Source: Candidatus Saccharimonadales bacterium (GTDB lineage Bacteria > Patescibacteriota > Saccharimonadia > Saccharimonadales > UBA10212). Taken from it: 64,000 bases of DNA. Under the pieces are notes generated by a model, which had not been told where the DNA came from, searched no databases, and saw only the letters and a list, made by a program, of their open reading frames with translations. Both the position numbers and the translations under genes were made by a program. Below are positions 36,783 to 49,425 of this stretch, piece after piece. Each line of letters begins with the position of its first letter. Positions within the stretch are counted from its first letter, which is position 1. The DNA lies in contig JBBDZU010000006.1 of NCBI GenBank assembly GCA_040900055.1, positions 19 to 64,018 of the forward strand, written 5' to 3'.

Positions 36783-38660
36783 TTATTGCAAAACAGCTTT
36801 TATACGACGTACACCGGCGGACGAAGCTTCTTGTTTTATAATCTTAAACTGCCTGCCACTCTCACCTATTTGGCCGGTATGTTCCACATGTGGTCCGCCA
36901 CAAATTTCACGACTAAAAGGGTTTGCGGGGTCGCCAATGCTATAGACTTTCACGGTATCGCCATATTTATCACCAAAGGCTCCGCTGGCACCGCTATCTA
37001 ATGCTTCTTCGGTTGGTTCTTCCCGCCACGTGACGGGTAGATCTTGCTTTATCTTTTCGTTTACTAGCTCTTCGACATCCTTAACTTGCTCCGGCGTTAA
37101 CTTTTCCGGATGGGCAAAGTCAAAGCGAATACGCTCTGGCGTAATATTGCTGCCGCGTTGGGTTACCTTAGGCCCCAGTACGTCTTTTAAGGCTTGGTAC
37201 ATCAAATGAGTAGCCGTGTGCAGTTTAACTACCTCGTCGGAATGGTCTGCCAACCCACCCTTAAACATCCCTGCACTAGCTGTTTGAGAGCGGATACGCT
37301 GATGGGTCATTGCGGCTTCAAAATCTTGGTCAAAGTCTCCTGCAATTTCTATACCGCGCTTCTTAGCTTCTTCTTTTGAAAGTTCAATCGGGAACCCGTA
37401 GGTGTCATATAGCTTAAAACCATCATAACCCATAAAAATTTTCTTTTTTTCATGCTTACCATCAAGACTATGAACGTCATACAGAGTGCCTGTCATTTTT
37501 TCAAATTCTTTAAGACCTTTTCGGAGGGTTTGGCGGAACAGTTTCTCTTCTTTAGAAAAAGCAGCGAAGACGACTTTTTCTTGGGCTTTAGTCTCAGGAA
37601 AGTCTTTAGCGTAGGTTTCGATGACTATTTTTGCAACTTTTTCGCATAAACCGTGCTTTAGCCCCAGTTCGTGGCCATAGCGAATGGCTCTGCGGAGCAA
37701 GCGACGCAAAACATAGCCTTGAGCCTTGTTGCTTGGCACAACCCCGTCTGCGGTCAACCAAGTGGCAGCTCGCAGATGGTCGGCAATCACACGCATGCTG
37801 ATTTGATGATCTGCATACTTTTTGCCGCTTTGTTTTTCTAATTCATCTAGTATCGGTTTTATAAGACTGATTTGGAAAATATCTGGATTGTCGTTCTTGG
37901 CAGCTGCTAGCCGCTCCAAACCTCCACCAAAATCGACATTTGGTTTAGGTAGCTCCTCAAAGCCTTTGGCATTTTTTTTGTATGCCATAAAGACACTGTT
38001 GCCGATTTCTAAAAAGCGGCCGCACTCACAGTTCGGGTGGCAGTGCGCACCAAATTTATTGTCGTGCTCAACTTGGGTAAATTCATAAAATACTTCACTA
38101 TCTGGACCGCCTGGCTCACCTTCGCGCATATTGGCTGGCTCGCCTTCACGGCTCCACCAGTTTTTATCCGCACCATAAAACTTAATTCTGTCTTTAGGAA
38201 CACCTAATTCTTCCCAAATGGCCGCCGATTCCTCGTCCCGCGGCAAATTAAGTTCTTTATCCCCTTCAAAGCAGGTTACCCAAAGTTTTTCCTTCGGTAA
38301 CCCCAATTCTTTAGTCAGAAATTCCCAAACCCATGGTAGCTGTTCGGCTTTGTAATAATCCCCCAAGCTCCAGTTACCAAGCATCTCAAAAAAGGTAGTG
38401 TGGCGATTGTCGCCAACCTCGTCCATGTCTTCGGCTCTAAAGCAGGTTTGGCTGTTAACCAGGCGCGTACCCTGCGGGTGCGTCTGGCCAAGCAGGTATG
38501 GAATTAGCGGCTGCATGCCGCTACCTGTAAACAAAGTGGTGGGATCGTCCTCGAGTACTAAAGACGCTCGCTGTATAACCTTGTGTTTTTTATCAGCAAA
38601 AAACTCTAAGTAAGCTTTCCTGATTTCCTGTGCCGTCATTAGCCTTATGTTAGCAAACAA
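36783..38660 (-). CDS. alaS: Alanine--tRNA ligase (short form lacking the C-Ala domain)
   Basis: 625 aa. Class II catalytic core ('FTGSGMQP', 'RHTTFFEMLGNWS') and editing-domain motifs ('HTATHL', 'CGGPHV'). Ends right after the editing domain. Confidence 0.95.
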   Translation of the reverse strand: MFANIRLMTAQEIRKAYLEFFADKKHKVIQRASLVLEDDPTTLFTGSGMQPLIPYLLGQTHPQGTRLVNSQTCFRAEDMDEVGDNRHTTFFEMLGNWSLGDYYKAEQLPWVWEFLTKELGLPKEKLWVTCFEGDKELNLPRDEESAAIWEELGVPKDRIKFYGADKNWWSREGEPANMREGEPGGPDSEVFYEFTQVEHDNKFGAHCHPNCECGRFLEIGNSVFMAYKKNAKGFEELPKPNVDFGGGLERLAAAKNDNPDIFQISLIKPILDELEKQSGKKYADHQISMRVIADHLRAATWLTADGVVPSNKAQGYVLRRLLRRAIRYGHELGLKHGLCEKVAKIVIETYAKDFPETKAQEKVVFAAFSKEEKLFRQTLRKGLKEFEKMTGTLYDVHSLDGKHEKKKIFMGYDGFKLYDTYGFPIELSKEEAKKRGIEIAGDFDQDFEAAMTHQRIRSQTASAGMFKGGLADHSDEVVKLHTATHLMYQALKDVLGPKVTQRGSNITPERIRFDFAHPEKLTPEQVKDVEELVNEKIKQDLPVTWREEPTEEALDSGASGAFGDKYGDTVKVYSIGDPANPFSREICGGPHVEHTGQIGESGRQFKIIKQEASSAGVRRIKAVLQ

Positions 38661-38704
38661 GGAGTTTTATAGACAAATGCATTATTTTATGATGTGATAT
38701 AGCA

Positions 38705-39043
38705 GTGAAAGAAGCATGTAAAATTAGCTGCCCCTTTCAACTGGAGTGTGAGCAATTACTTGCCAAGGGTGTTAGATTACGCAGCGAATCATATTCCCTC
38801 CTCCTTGAATCGTTGGATTGGTCTGAGGAAAACCTGGGTATCCAAGATCGTTCAGAATTCAATACAATCCTCCGACCGGCTCGCGAGGAGCTGATAGAAC
38901 GGATTAATCAAAATGACAAAGAAATTGATGAATTACAGAAGCTAGCCCGCAGGGCAGGAGCCCTATGTCTTTTTGGACCGATCAAAATGAAACGGTTCTT
39001 AATATTTGGTGAAGAAGTTGTACGGTGCTCTAGTCCCGTTTAG
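38705..39043 (+). CDS. Hypothetical protein
   Basis: 112-aa ORF with a GTG start, between alaS and mnmA. Contains several Cys residues. No motif recognised. Confidence 0.35.
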   Translation: MKEACKISCPFQLECEQLLAKGVRLRSESYSLLLESLDWSEENLGIQDRSEFNTILRPAREELIERINQNDKEIDELQKLARRAGALCLFGPIKMKRFLIFGEEVVRCSSPV

Positions 39044-40116
39044 ACGACTATTCCACCGCCTAGACATTCGTGGCCGTAGTAGATGACCGCCGACTGTCCG
39101 GGTGTTAGGGCTCGGACCTCTTCTTCCAGTTCCATAGAGACTGTCTCATTACTTAACACGTTAAGTTTTTTGATAGGAATTAGCGACGCACGGTGTCTTG
39201 TTCGCACGGTAAGCTTTTGGCCAACTTTTGGCTTTTCATTTATCCAGTGAGTGTCGGTCAGTTTTATTTCTTTGCTCCATAGTTTTTCGTCATCTAATTC
39301 TGTGGTTACGTAAACTTCGTTTTTGGTCATATTCTTCTCTGTTACGTAATACGGTAATCCGCCACCAACATCCAGTCCGTGTCGCTGGCCAATGGTGTAG
39401 AAAATTGCTCCGTCGTGTTCGCCGATGATTTTTTTATTTTGATCAATAATAGCCCCGGCTTTGGGCTTAACAAACTGCATTAGAAAATCCTTGATACCCA
39501 CTTTGCCTACAAAGCAAATACCCATACTTTCTTTTTTCTCGGCTGTGACTAAACCATTTTTAGCAGCCAGCTGCCTTACCCTGGGCTTGGTCAAGTCACC
39601 CAACGGAAAAAGAGTTTTGGCTAGAGCTTTTTGGGTTATTCGATACAAAAAATAAGTCTGGTCTTTGTTGGCATCTCTGGCCATCATTAGTTGATTTTGG
39701 TCTTTGAAGTGCTTAATACGGGCATAGTGCCCCGAGGCAATAAAATCGGCCCCGTCGTCTAACGCCGTTTCTAAAAATAATTTGAATTTAACTTCTTGGT
39801 TACAGATAACGTCGGGATTGGGCGTACGCCCAGCCTTAAACTCACTAATCATGTAGTCCACCACTTTCTGGCGATAGTCTTTTTCGAAATCGTACATTTT
39901 AAAATCTATACCGAGCTGGACGGCTATACGCTTAGCGTCTTGGTAATCGTCCATCCAAGGGCAGGGCATGCCAGGTAGGTCCTGGCTCCAGTTCTTCATA
40001 TAGACGCCAGCAACGTGGTAGCCCTGCTCTTTTAAAAGCATGGCCGACACGGAGCTATCAACGCCTCCGCTTAAGCCCACATACACCTTTAAAGGTCTTG
40101 TTGCGCTCATCGCCAT
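39040..40116 (-). CDS. mnmA: tRNA-specific 2-thiouridylase
   Basis: 358 aa. PP-loop 'GLSGGVDSS', catalytic Cys context 'NPDVICNQEVKF' and 'GICFVG'. Confidence 0.95.
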   Translation of the reverse strand: MAMSATRPLKVYVGLSGGVDSSVSAMLLKEQGYHVAGVYMKNWSQDLPGMPCPWMDDYQDAKRIAVQLGIDFKMYDFEKDYRQKVVDYMISEFKAGRTPNPDVICNQEVKFKLFLETALDDGADFIASGHYARIKHFKDQNQLMMARDANKDQTYFLYRITQKALAKTLFPLGDLTKPRVRQLAAKNGLVTAEKKESMGICFVGKVGIKDFLMQFVKPKAGAIIDQNKKIIGEHDGAIFYTIGQRHGLDVGGGLPYYVTEKNMTKNEVYVTTELDDEKLWSKEIKLTDTHWINEKPKVGQKLTVRTRHRASLIPIKKLNVLSNETVSMELEEEVRALTPGQSAVIYYGHECLGGGIVV

Positions 40117-40130
40117 ATGATTCTAACAGA

Positions 40131-42533
<2,403 letters not shown>

Positions 42534-42537
<4 letters not shown>

Positions 42538-43973
42538 GTGTGGGCTACCTCCTGGCCTGATACCTGAGCTTGCAGGCGAGCTTGAGCGGCCTGGTAGTCT
42601 TGCTCAGTTTTAATTTGTGAGGTGCTCTCGGTAACTAATTTTTTTAAATTGCCAATGTCTAGCTGAGCAGATTTATCAAAATCAAAAACTACATCTAGCA
42701 TCATTTGTTGAGCCAGCAGACTAAAAGTTTCAGTAGGTGGCTGACTAAATAGTTCGTAAAGCCGCGTACCTGCCAACATATCGGTCTTAGCATTTAAGGC
42801 CAGCTCGGAACCAAAATGGGAAAATTCTTTAGCTTGGGCGAAAGCCGCCAGAGTCTGAAATATCTTGGCGTTTTGAGCTTTCTGGCGGGTATTGTGGCCC
42901 CTGCCGCCAATACGAGTGACGCTCAAGCCAGAACTAACCGCCGGCCTAAGGCCCTCACGGAACACATCCATATCAAGTACCCACTGTCCGTCTGTGATAG
43001 ACATAATGTTTGTGGGCAAAAAGCCAGTGATATCGCTACCGTCTGCCAGCACTAATGGAATGGCCGTTAAGCATTTGCCGTTTTTGGCTAACCGCCCCGC
43101 CCGCTCTAGCAAACTAGCATGGGCGTAAAACATATCACCTGGGTATGAATCTCGACCGGGGCTGACTCCGGATAACAAGGCAATTTCTCTTGATGCGTGG
43201 GCGTGAGTAGTAAGGTCATCGTAGATTACAACTGCGTCAATGCCAAGAGATTGCCATAGGTATTCTGCCAAGGCACAACCCACATAAGGCGCCAAATAGC
43301 TTAGTACCAAAGACTCAAAAATCGTCGAAACAACTACTATAGTCTTTTCCAGCGCACCGCTTTCACTTAACCTGTTAAGCAATGTGTCAATATCGCTGCG
43401 GCGTTTGGTGATTAGTACGTAAACAACAACTTGGTCGGTTTGACGCTGGTTTAAGGCTATCTGGGTAGCAAGCGTAGATTTGCCAGACTTAGCATCGCCC
43501 AATAGAGCCAGTCTTTGGCCGCGCACTATTGGAAACAAAGCGTCAATAATTGTAACGCCAGTTTCTAGCTGATCAGACAATTGCTGCCGCTCATAAATTG
43601 GCGGAGCTAAGTTAAAAATTGGCCAGCTCATGTCAGCCGCTACCGCACCTTTGCCGTCTAGCGGCTCGCCAGTTACAGAAATAACTCGGCCAATTAAATC
43701 TTTGCCGACTTTAGCTGCTAGCTCGGAGTGTTGGACAACCGCCAAGCTACCCACCCGCAGACGTGTCGTACCCATATGCAGCACCAGCACCCGATCTTCT
43801 AAAACATGCTGCACAAAACCTTTGCTGCCATCGTCAAAACTAACTAGGGCATGAGCATTAACTGGCTGTAGGCCAGAAAGTGTTATTAAAAATCTATTTA
43901 CGGCCACCACCTCACCTACCGGCAGACCACTGTCCACCAAACGCTGAAAACCGCTCTTGCTTTGAGCGCTCAC
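42534..43973 (-). CDS. atpA: F1 alpha-like subunit (divergent)
   Basis: 479 aa. P-loop 'GDAKSGKST' (canonical is GDRQTGKT), 'VIYDDLTTHA', 'PGRDSYPGDMFYAHASLLERA', and Arg-finger context 'GLSVTRIGG'. Confidence 0.8.
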
Positions 43974-44452
43974 TTAATGGCTCCGGCGATAAGTTTGGCT
44001 AGGTAGGGTTCCTGGTTTTTTAGCCGAGCCCTAAGGCTCATATCAAATAACTTATTTGGCGTTCTCAGTATGCAGCCGGCAGCAATTGTTGGTTGCAGGC
44101 CCACTTTAACAAGTACATTCGGATCTATATTTTCACGAAGCCAAATTAAAATACGCTCTAAGGCTTTAGGCGGAGGATCGACTGCAAAGCTAATATGCAA
44201 AGCTGGAGCCACTTTAAGCAAGTTTTGCAGTTTTGCTTCCAGATCCTTCCTGCCAGCCGCGTCAAGCAGATTAATTTGGTTTTCTTTCGCTAAGCTGTCA
44301 AGCAACCTGGTCAAACGAGGTGGAGTGGGCGATGCACTACCACTTTTTCTGGCGGCTGCCCCAGCAAAAAAATCATCAAGGCTATTTAGCTCTCTAATTA
44401 GCCGGGTAACGTCAGCCGGACTAACCACGGCGAGCGGTATTTTAAGCTCCAC
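43970..44452 (-). CDS. atpH: Delta/OSCP-like subunit
   Basis: 160 aa. The C-terminal 'LQPTIAAGCILRTPNKLFDMSLRARL' resembles the OSCP C-domain. The N-terminal half is not recognisable. Confidence 0.55.
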   Translation of the reverse strand: MELKIPLAVVSPADVTRLIRELNSLDDFFAGAAARKSGSASPTPPRLTRLLDSLAKENQINLLDAAGRKDLEAKLQNLLKVAPALHISFAVDPPPKALERILIWLRENIDPNVLVKVGLQPTIAAGCILRTPNKLFDMSLRARLKNQEPYLAKLIAGAIK

Positions 44453-45083
44453 GCTTTATATCCTCCGTAATAGCGGCTTTATTAGCCTCTAGCTCCGACA
44501 ATATAAAATCCAACTGGTCGGATAAATCTATCTGGTTGCCAATAGCTCGCAAAATATAGTGATTAATAATCGAGGCCATGGATATTTCAAATTGCTCGAT
44601 AATATGGGCTTTTTGGGCTTCGGACTGAGTTTGCATTTGGGTCTGGAGCAACTGACGCTGCTGGTCTATAGTTGCTATGGTTTTTTCGATTGAGCCCAGA
44701 GCAATTTGCTTGGCATCGGCAATAGATTGCTCATACTTTTTAAACTCAATCTGCAATGTACGAGTAATTTCCGTACGCATATAGTCGTTAAGTTGAGTGG
44801 TGGTCTGGCGAAGGTCTTGCTGCAGGAACATGGCGTTTTCGCCAAGAACTTTTTCAAAGTGCAAGCGACCGCGGTTTCGCAGCTCTTCCCTAAAATTAGC
44901 GTCAAAAATATGCTCGACTTGCTCTTTGGCTGCCGCATCTAGTCTATCAAGTGCCGGCGGGGCCGTCGCTAAAGGGGACTGCTGCTTAGTAGCTGGCGTT
45001 CGCCTAACCACTAGCCAAATAATGGCTGCTGCTACTGCGCTTGCTATGGCGCCAATGACTAAAATTAGCCCACCGCTATTCAT
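44442..45083 (-). CDS. atpF: b-subunit-like peripheral stalk protein
   Basis: 213 aa. One N-terminal TM ('LILVIGAIASAVAAAIIWLVV') and a long predicted helical, Gln/Glu-rich rod. Assigned by position and architecture only. Confidence 0.5.
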   Translation of the reverse strand: MNSGGLILVIGAIASAVAAAIIWLVVRRTPATKQQSPLATAPPALDRLDAAAKEQVEHIFDANFREELRNRGRLHFEKVLGENAMFLQQDLRQTTTQLNDYMRTEITRTLQIEFKKYEQSIADAKQIALGSIEKTIATIDQQRQLLQTQMQTQSEAQKAHIIEQFEISMASIINHYILRAIGNQIDLSDQLDFILSELEANKAAITEDIKRGA

Positions 45084-45092
45084 TTTTTTCCT

Positions 45093-45902
45093 TTATATTT
45101 TCAGTACTAAATATACCCCTAAAATACCCAAGACAAAAACCAGCCCGGAAGCTGCAATTACTTGCCCTAAACCTCGGTAAATTGATGTCCGGCTCAAAGG
45201 ATTTCGACCAATAGCTATCATAGCGTTACGGACGCCCACCCAAAGTAGGCTAAGCGCGGAAAGTACTGCCACAAAAAAGATCAAGGCAGCTGCGTAAACC
45301 CGTAGCGGTGAGATATTTTTACCGGCAATTTGCTGGCTAATGTCTGCCAGCACAGAAGGCACATTACTTTGGCTGGCTGGATTTTTGGCTATTGAAATAT
45401 CGGCATTTACTCTACCGATATTCCAGTTGTCCGATCTAGTTAAAACGTCTTGCCGACCGTCAAAATCTTGCAGCGCCCGACCAACCACGCTAACAGCCAG
45501 GCGCCCAGCATTAGCCCCTACACCATCAATGGAAGATATCGTTATATAATCGCCAGCTTTTATGGTGCCTTTTTCGTCGCTGACAAGTATGGGATAGGTT
45601 CCGCCAGTGGCCACTAAGACCTGGCGGTCTTGGCCGCTAATGTAAGCTGACGAACGCTCTGCTTCTACTACCACCCCATGCACACGAGACGGGTTGCTGG
45701 CGGGTGCAGCCTCCACTGTGGTGGCATCGTTGGTAGTTACGGCAGCTATCATACCGGTTTGTAGATCACCACGACCTTGGTAACCCTGTACAAAAGTTTC
45801 GGAAGCATAGGTCTTGAGCCCGGCAGTTAAGCCAAAGAGCAGAACAGCAACTGCGCCAAAAGGTAGCCAGGCTCTCTTCAACCCTCTTAATTTAAGTCGC
45901 AT
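45093..45902 (-). CDS. Secreted-domain protein with a C-terminal c-subunit-like two-helix hairpin (first gene of the ATPase operon)
   Basis: 269 aa. Signal-peptide-like N-terminus ('...LTAGLKTYA/SE'), a hydrophilic domain of about 190 aa, then TM-'AIGRNPLSR'-TM, resembling the c-subunit hairpin with its RQPE-type loop. Neither helix contains Asp or Glu. Confidence 0.4.
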   Translation of the reverse strand: MRLKLRGLKRAWLPFGAVAVLLFGLTAGLKTYASETFVQGYQGRGDLQTGMIAAVTTNDATTVEAAPASNPSRVHGVVVEAERSSAYISGQDRQVLVATGGTYPILVSDEKGTIKAGDYITISSIDGVGANAGRLAVSVVGRALQDFDGRQDVLTRSDNWNIGRVNADISIAKNPASQSNVPSVLADISQQIAGKNISPLRVYAAALIFFVAVLSALSLLWVGVRNAMIAIGRNPLSRTSIYRGLGQVIAASGLVFVLGILGVYLVLKI

Positions 45903-45956
45903 ATATAACGGTAAGTATAACCTTTTTAGACGGATAAGACTATCTGTTAAAGATAG

Positions 45957-47102
45957 CTATTTGCCTGTGAGTGTTCTAAGTCGAGCTAAGGTTACTTTAA
46001 TGTCTTTTGGCGTAGTGTTTTTGCCGAAACTAAAGCGCAGTGACGACCGAATGGCGGATTCTGCCAGTCCCATAGTCGCCAACACATGGGAGGCCTCATC
46101 TTTGGCAGCACTGCAGGCACTGCCCACAGCGCATTGAATGCCGGCTTCATCTAACTCCATCATTAACCTTTCGTTATCAAAACCAGGAAATGTCACGCTT
46201 AAAATATGCGGAGCGTGTTCGGTAGGATGGCCATTGATGATGGCCGAAGGCACAAATTGAGAAAAGCCATTGGCCATTTGATCTCGTAAATTGCTGACGT
46301 GATACTTTTGGACCTTTCGCCTATCCTTTGCCAAGGTTAAGGCCTTAGCAAAACCAACAATTGCTGCCATATTTTCCGTACCGCTGCGTCGACCGCTTTC
46401 TTGTCCTCCGCCTAAAATCAACGGCTTTAATCTGATGGTGCGATTAATATACAAAGCGCCGGACTGTTTAGGCCCGTAAATTTTGCTGCCGTTAAGGCTC
46501 ATTAAGTCAACGCCTAATTTGTGGACGTTTAGATCAAAATAATTGGGCGCTTGGGCCGCGTCGGTATGAAAAAATAGCGGAAGCATATTTTTTTGACTAA
46601 GCCTTGTTCTTCTAATCTCTTGGGCTATTTTAGCCAAGTCACGCAAAGGAGATACTGTGCCAGTTTCGTTATTAACAAAAATTACGCTTATTAGAATTGT
46701 GCGGTCTGATATTAAATTACTTAACTTGTTAAGTATTACTTGACCGTACCTGTCAACAGGTATCCGGCGATGTGTAAATAAACTGGCTGGAGCCAAAACA
46801 GAATCATGCTCTGTGGCGCTAACTAAGACTTCTCCATCTTGATAGCTTCTCATTAGCCCTTGTATGGCAAGGTTGTTGGCTTCGGTTGCTCCGGCTGTAA
46901 AAATAATTTCCGCCGGACGAACGCTCAAGACACTCGCTACATCTTGGCGAGCTTGCTCCAGTGCTTTGCGGATTCGGCGACCAGCCAAATACGTGGCTGA
47001 AGGATTATAAAAATCCTCTGACCAATAAGGCTCCATAGCATCCTTAACCTTAGGGTCAAGGGGCGTCGCGGCAGCATAGTCTAAGTAGATGTTATTTGCC
47101 AT
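45957..47102 (-). CDS. Cysteine desulfurase (class V aminotransferase, NifS/IscS-like)
   Basis: 381 aa. PLP-lysine context 'SLNGSKIYGPK' and catalytic Cys 'VGSACSA'. Confidence 0.85.
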   Translation of the reverse strand: MANNIYLDYAAATPLDPKVKDAMEPYWSEDFYNPSATYLAGRRIRKALEQARQDVASVLSVRPAEIIFTAGATEANNLAIQGLMRSYQDGEVLVSATEHDSVLAPASLFTHRRIPVDRYGQVILNKLSNLISDRTILISVIFVNNETGTVSPLRDLAKIAQEIRRTRLSQKNMLPLFFHTDAAQAPNYFDLNVHKLGVDLMSLNGSKIYGPKQSGALYINRTIRLKPLILGGGQESGRRSGTENMAAIVGFAKALTLAKDRRKVQKYHVSNLRDQMANGFSQFVPSAIINGHPTEHAPHILSVTFPGFDNERLMMELDEAGIQCAVGSACSAAKDEASHVLATMGLAESAIRSSLRFSFGKNTTPKDIKVTLARLRTLTGK

Positions 47103-47107
47103 TGCCG

Positions 47108-47884
47108 TTATAGCTTAAATAAATTAATAGCGTTATTAGTAGTGGCTACAGCTAAATTATCCAGTGACTCAGCTCTGAGGTCGGCTAAAAACTTAGCAAT
47201 ATCAGCAATATGAGCTGGCTGGCACACCTCCCCACGGTGAGGGTGCGGCGTCAGAAATGGAGCATCGGTTTCTAAAAGCAATTTATCAATTGGCACGGTC
47301 TTGGCAGCCTGGAGTTGCAGCTCATCCTTTGTAAAAGTCATTATGCCGTTTAGCCCAACATATAGTCCGCGGCTAAGTATCTGGTCGAGTTCTTCCGGAC
47401 CGGCACTAAAACTATGAACTACGCCGCTTAAAGCGCGTGGCTGGTTATATTCATCAAGTATTGCGAAGAAATCCTCCCAAGCTTCCCGTACGTGGAAAAC
47501 ATATGGTAAGCCTCGCGTAAGACCGGCTTCGATTTGCTGCCGGAAAGCCAGCTGCTGGTTTTCTTTAGATGACCGGCGACGAAAATAATCAAGCCCAGTT
47601 TCGCCAACAGCTACTACTTTAGGCATGCTTAATATCTCTGCCAGCTTTACGGCAGAAGCTTCATTCGCCATAAAGGCGTTTGCATCATGCGGGTGGCATC
47701 CGGCTGCTGCCCAGATATTGTCATAATCTGAAGCTAGTTCAATGGCTTTGACGCTATCTGGAAGAGTTGTGCCGACTAAGAGCAGCCGGGTCACACCGAC
47801 CTGCTTGGCAGTGGCTATAACATCGCCCGGTTCTAACGGGTAACTTTTAAAATGAATATGGCAATGGGTATCAGCTAGTTCCAT
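47108..47884 (-). CDS. tatD: TatD-family metal-dependent hydrolase/DNase
   Basis: 258 aa. 'DTHCHI' N-terminal His pair, 'GETGLDY', 'HSF', and 'ETDAPFL'. Confidence 0.9.
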   Translation of the reverse strand: MELADTHCHIHFKSYPLEPGDVIATAKQVGVTRLLLVGTTLPDSVKAIELASDYDNIWAAAGCHPHDANAFMANEASAVKLAEILSMPKVVAVGETGLDYFRRRSSKENQQLAFRQQIEAGLTRGLPYVFHVREAWEDFFAILDEYNQPRALSGVVHSFSAGPEELDQILSRGLYVGLNGIMTFTKDELQLQAAKTVPIDKLLLETDAPFLTPHPHRGEVCQPAHIADIAKFLADLRAESLDNLAVATTNNAINLFKL

Positions 47885-47896
47885 GGGCGATTTTCT

Positions 47897-49354
47897 CTAA
47901 ACGGCGGTTTTAGTGGCTTTAGGGAAAAGTGGCGGTGGCAGCGACTCTAAAACTCCACGGGCAAAGATTTTTTGGATTTTGCCGGCAGTATCTGGCATAA
48001 ACGGCGCGAGCAAGTCGGCGATCTCTAAAAGCGAGGAGCTTAAATAGGCCAAAACTTCCTGCAAATGGGCATCGTCGCGACCGCCAGTCTTAGGAGTCGC
48101 TATCTCCCACGGTTTAGTCTCGTCTATATATTGATTTAAGCCTTTAACCTGCTCCCACACTTCGTCTAGGGCCTTATCAAACCGGCAATTGGCCATGGCC
48201 TGCTCATAGCCGCCTACATCGTGTTGACCGCCGGGCATATTTCCAATTACACCTTTTTGATAACGGGCAATCATGGCTACAGTTCTAGACACAGCATTAC
48301 CTAGCTGGTCGGCTAGTTCGGAATTATAGGCCTCCTCTAGCCGCTGCCAAGAGAAGTCACCGTCGCTATAACTAGGGATATGTCGCAAGCAAAAATAGCG
48401 GAAAGTATCGGCGTTATATTTTCTAACAATGTCGGCTGGCGCAACCACATTGCCTAGCGATTTACTCATTTTACGACCTTCTACTTCTATAAAGCCGTGC
48501 ACATACAGCACCTTTGGCAGAGGTAGCTTTAACGCAATTAGCATAGCCGGCCAAACAGCCGCATGAAACCGCAAAATATCTTTGCCCAATATCTGGACAC
48601 TGGCCGGCCAAAACTGCTTAAAATCTTTGTGCTCGGGGTAGCCCAGCACGGTAATGTAGTTCATTAGGGCCTCAAACCAAACATACATCACTTGGTTTGG
48701 GTCGCCGGGCACGGCAATTCCCCAGGCGATTTTGTCTTTTGGCCGACTAACAGAAATATCTTCCAGCCCGCTGTTAATTAACGACAGGATTTCGTTTTTG
48801 CGAGTTTTAGGGATAATTAGTAAGGCATCAGTTTCAATTAATTTTTTGAGCTCAGCAGTAAACGCGCTTAGTTTAAAAAAATAATTATCTTCTTTTAGCT
48901 TCTCGTAGGGCCGATTATGTTCAGGACAAACGCCTTTATTTTTTTTAACTAATTGATCAGGAAAATACTCCTCGTGTCCAGTGCAGTACCAACCCTCATA
49001 AGTACTTTTATGGATGTAGGCGCTTAAAGCTTTCCAAATAATTTGCGCTCGTTGCTCGTGAGCTTTGTCGGTCGTCCTCACGAACCGGTCGTGGCTAATA
49101 TTTAGATCGGTTAGCAATTTTTTAAAACTCTCGGTCATTTTGTCGGCAAATTGCTGGGGGGTCAGTTTGGCCTCAGCTGCCTTTTCGGCAATTTTGCCGC
49201 CATGTTCGTCGGTACCAGTAGAAAATAGAACCGAGTATTTACGTTGGCGCATATAGCGGGCTAAGACATCGGCCATTACTAGCTCCCAACCAAAGCCAAT
49301 ATGCGGCTGGTCATTTACATACGGAATAGAAGTAGTGATATAGAAGTTAGCCAC
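47897..49354 (-). CDS. metG: Methionine--tRNA ligase (short form)
   Basis: 485 aa. A HIGH-equivalent 'PYVNDQPHIGF' and KMSKS ('KMSKS'). No C-terminal tRNA-binding extension. Confidence 0.95.
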   Translation of the reverse strand: MANFYITTSIPYVNDQPHIGFGWELVMADVLARYMRQRKYSVLFSTGTDEHGGKIAEKAAEAKLTPQQFADKMTESFKKLLTDLNISHDRFVRTTDKAHEQRAQIIWKALSAYIHKSTYEGWYCTGHEEYFPDQLVKKNKGVCPEHNRPYEKLKEDNYFFKLSAFTAELKKLIETDALLIIPKTRKNEILSLINSGLEDISVSRPKDKIAWGIAVPGDPNQVMYVWFEALMNYITVLGYPEHKDFKQFWPASVQILGKDILRFHAAVWPAMLIALKLPLPKVLYVHGFIEVEGRKMSKSLGNVVAPADIVRKYNADTFRYFCLRHIPSYSDGDFSWQRLEEAYNSELADQLGNAVSRTVAMIARYQKGVIGNMPGGQHDVGGYEQAMANCRFDKALDEVWEQVKGLNQYIDETKPWEIATPKTGGRDDAHLQEVLAYLSSSLLEIADLLAPFMPDTAGKIQKIFARGVLESLPPPLFPKATKTAV

Positions 49355-49425
49355 TGCTTTTATTGTATCTCAGGGCGCTTAATGTTCGTATGCGTTTAAA
49401 ACAGCGAGCCTTGCGGTGTGGCCCC

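Noticed and set aside
36201-36945. Overlapping ORFs 36201..36671(-), 36290..36499(-), 36359..36679(+) and 36631..36945(+)
   Set aside because: They are open only because stop codons are rare in the high-GC insert. Their products are Arg/Pro/Gly-rich, typical of off-frame or antisense translation. Only 36234..36572(+) shows a strong G/C third-position bias and a coherent membrane-protein sequence.
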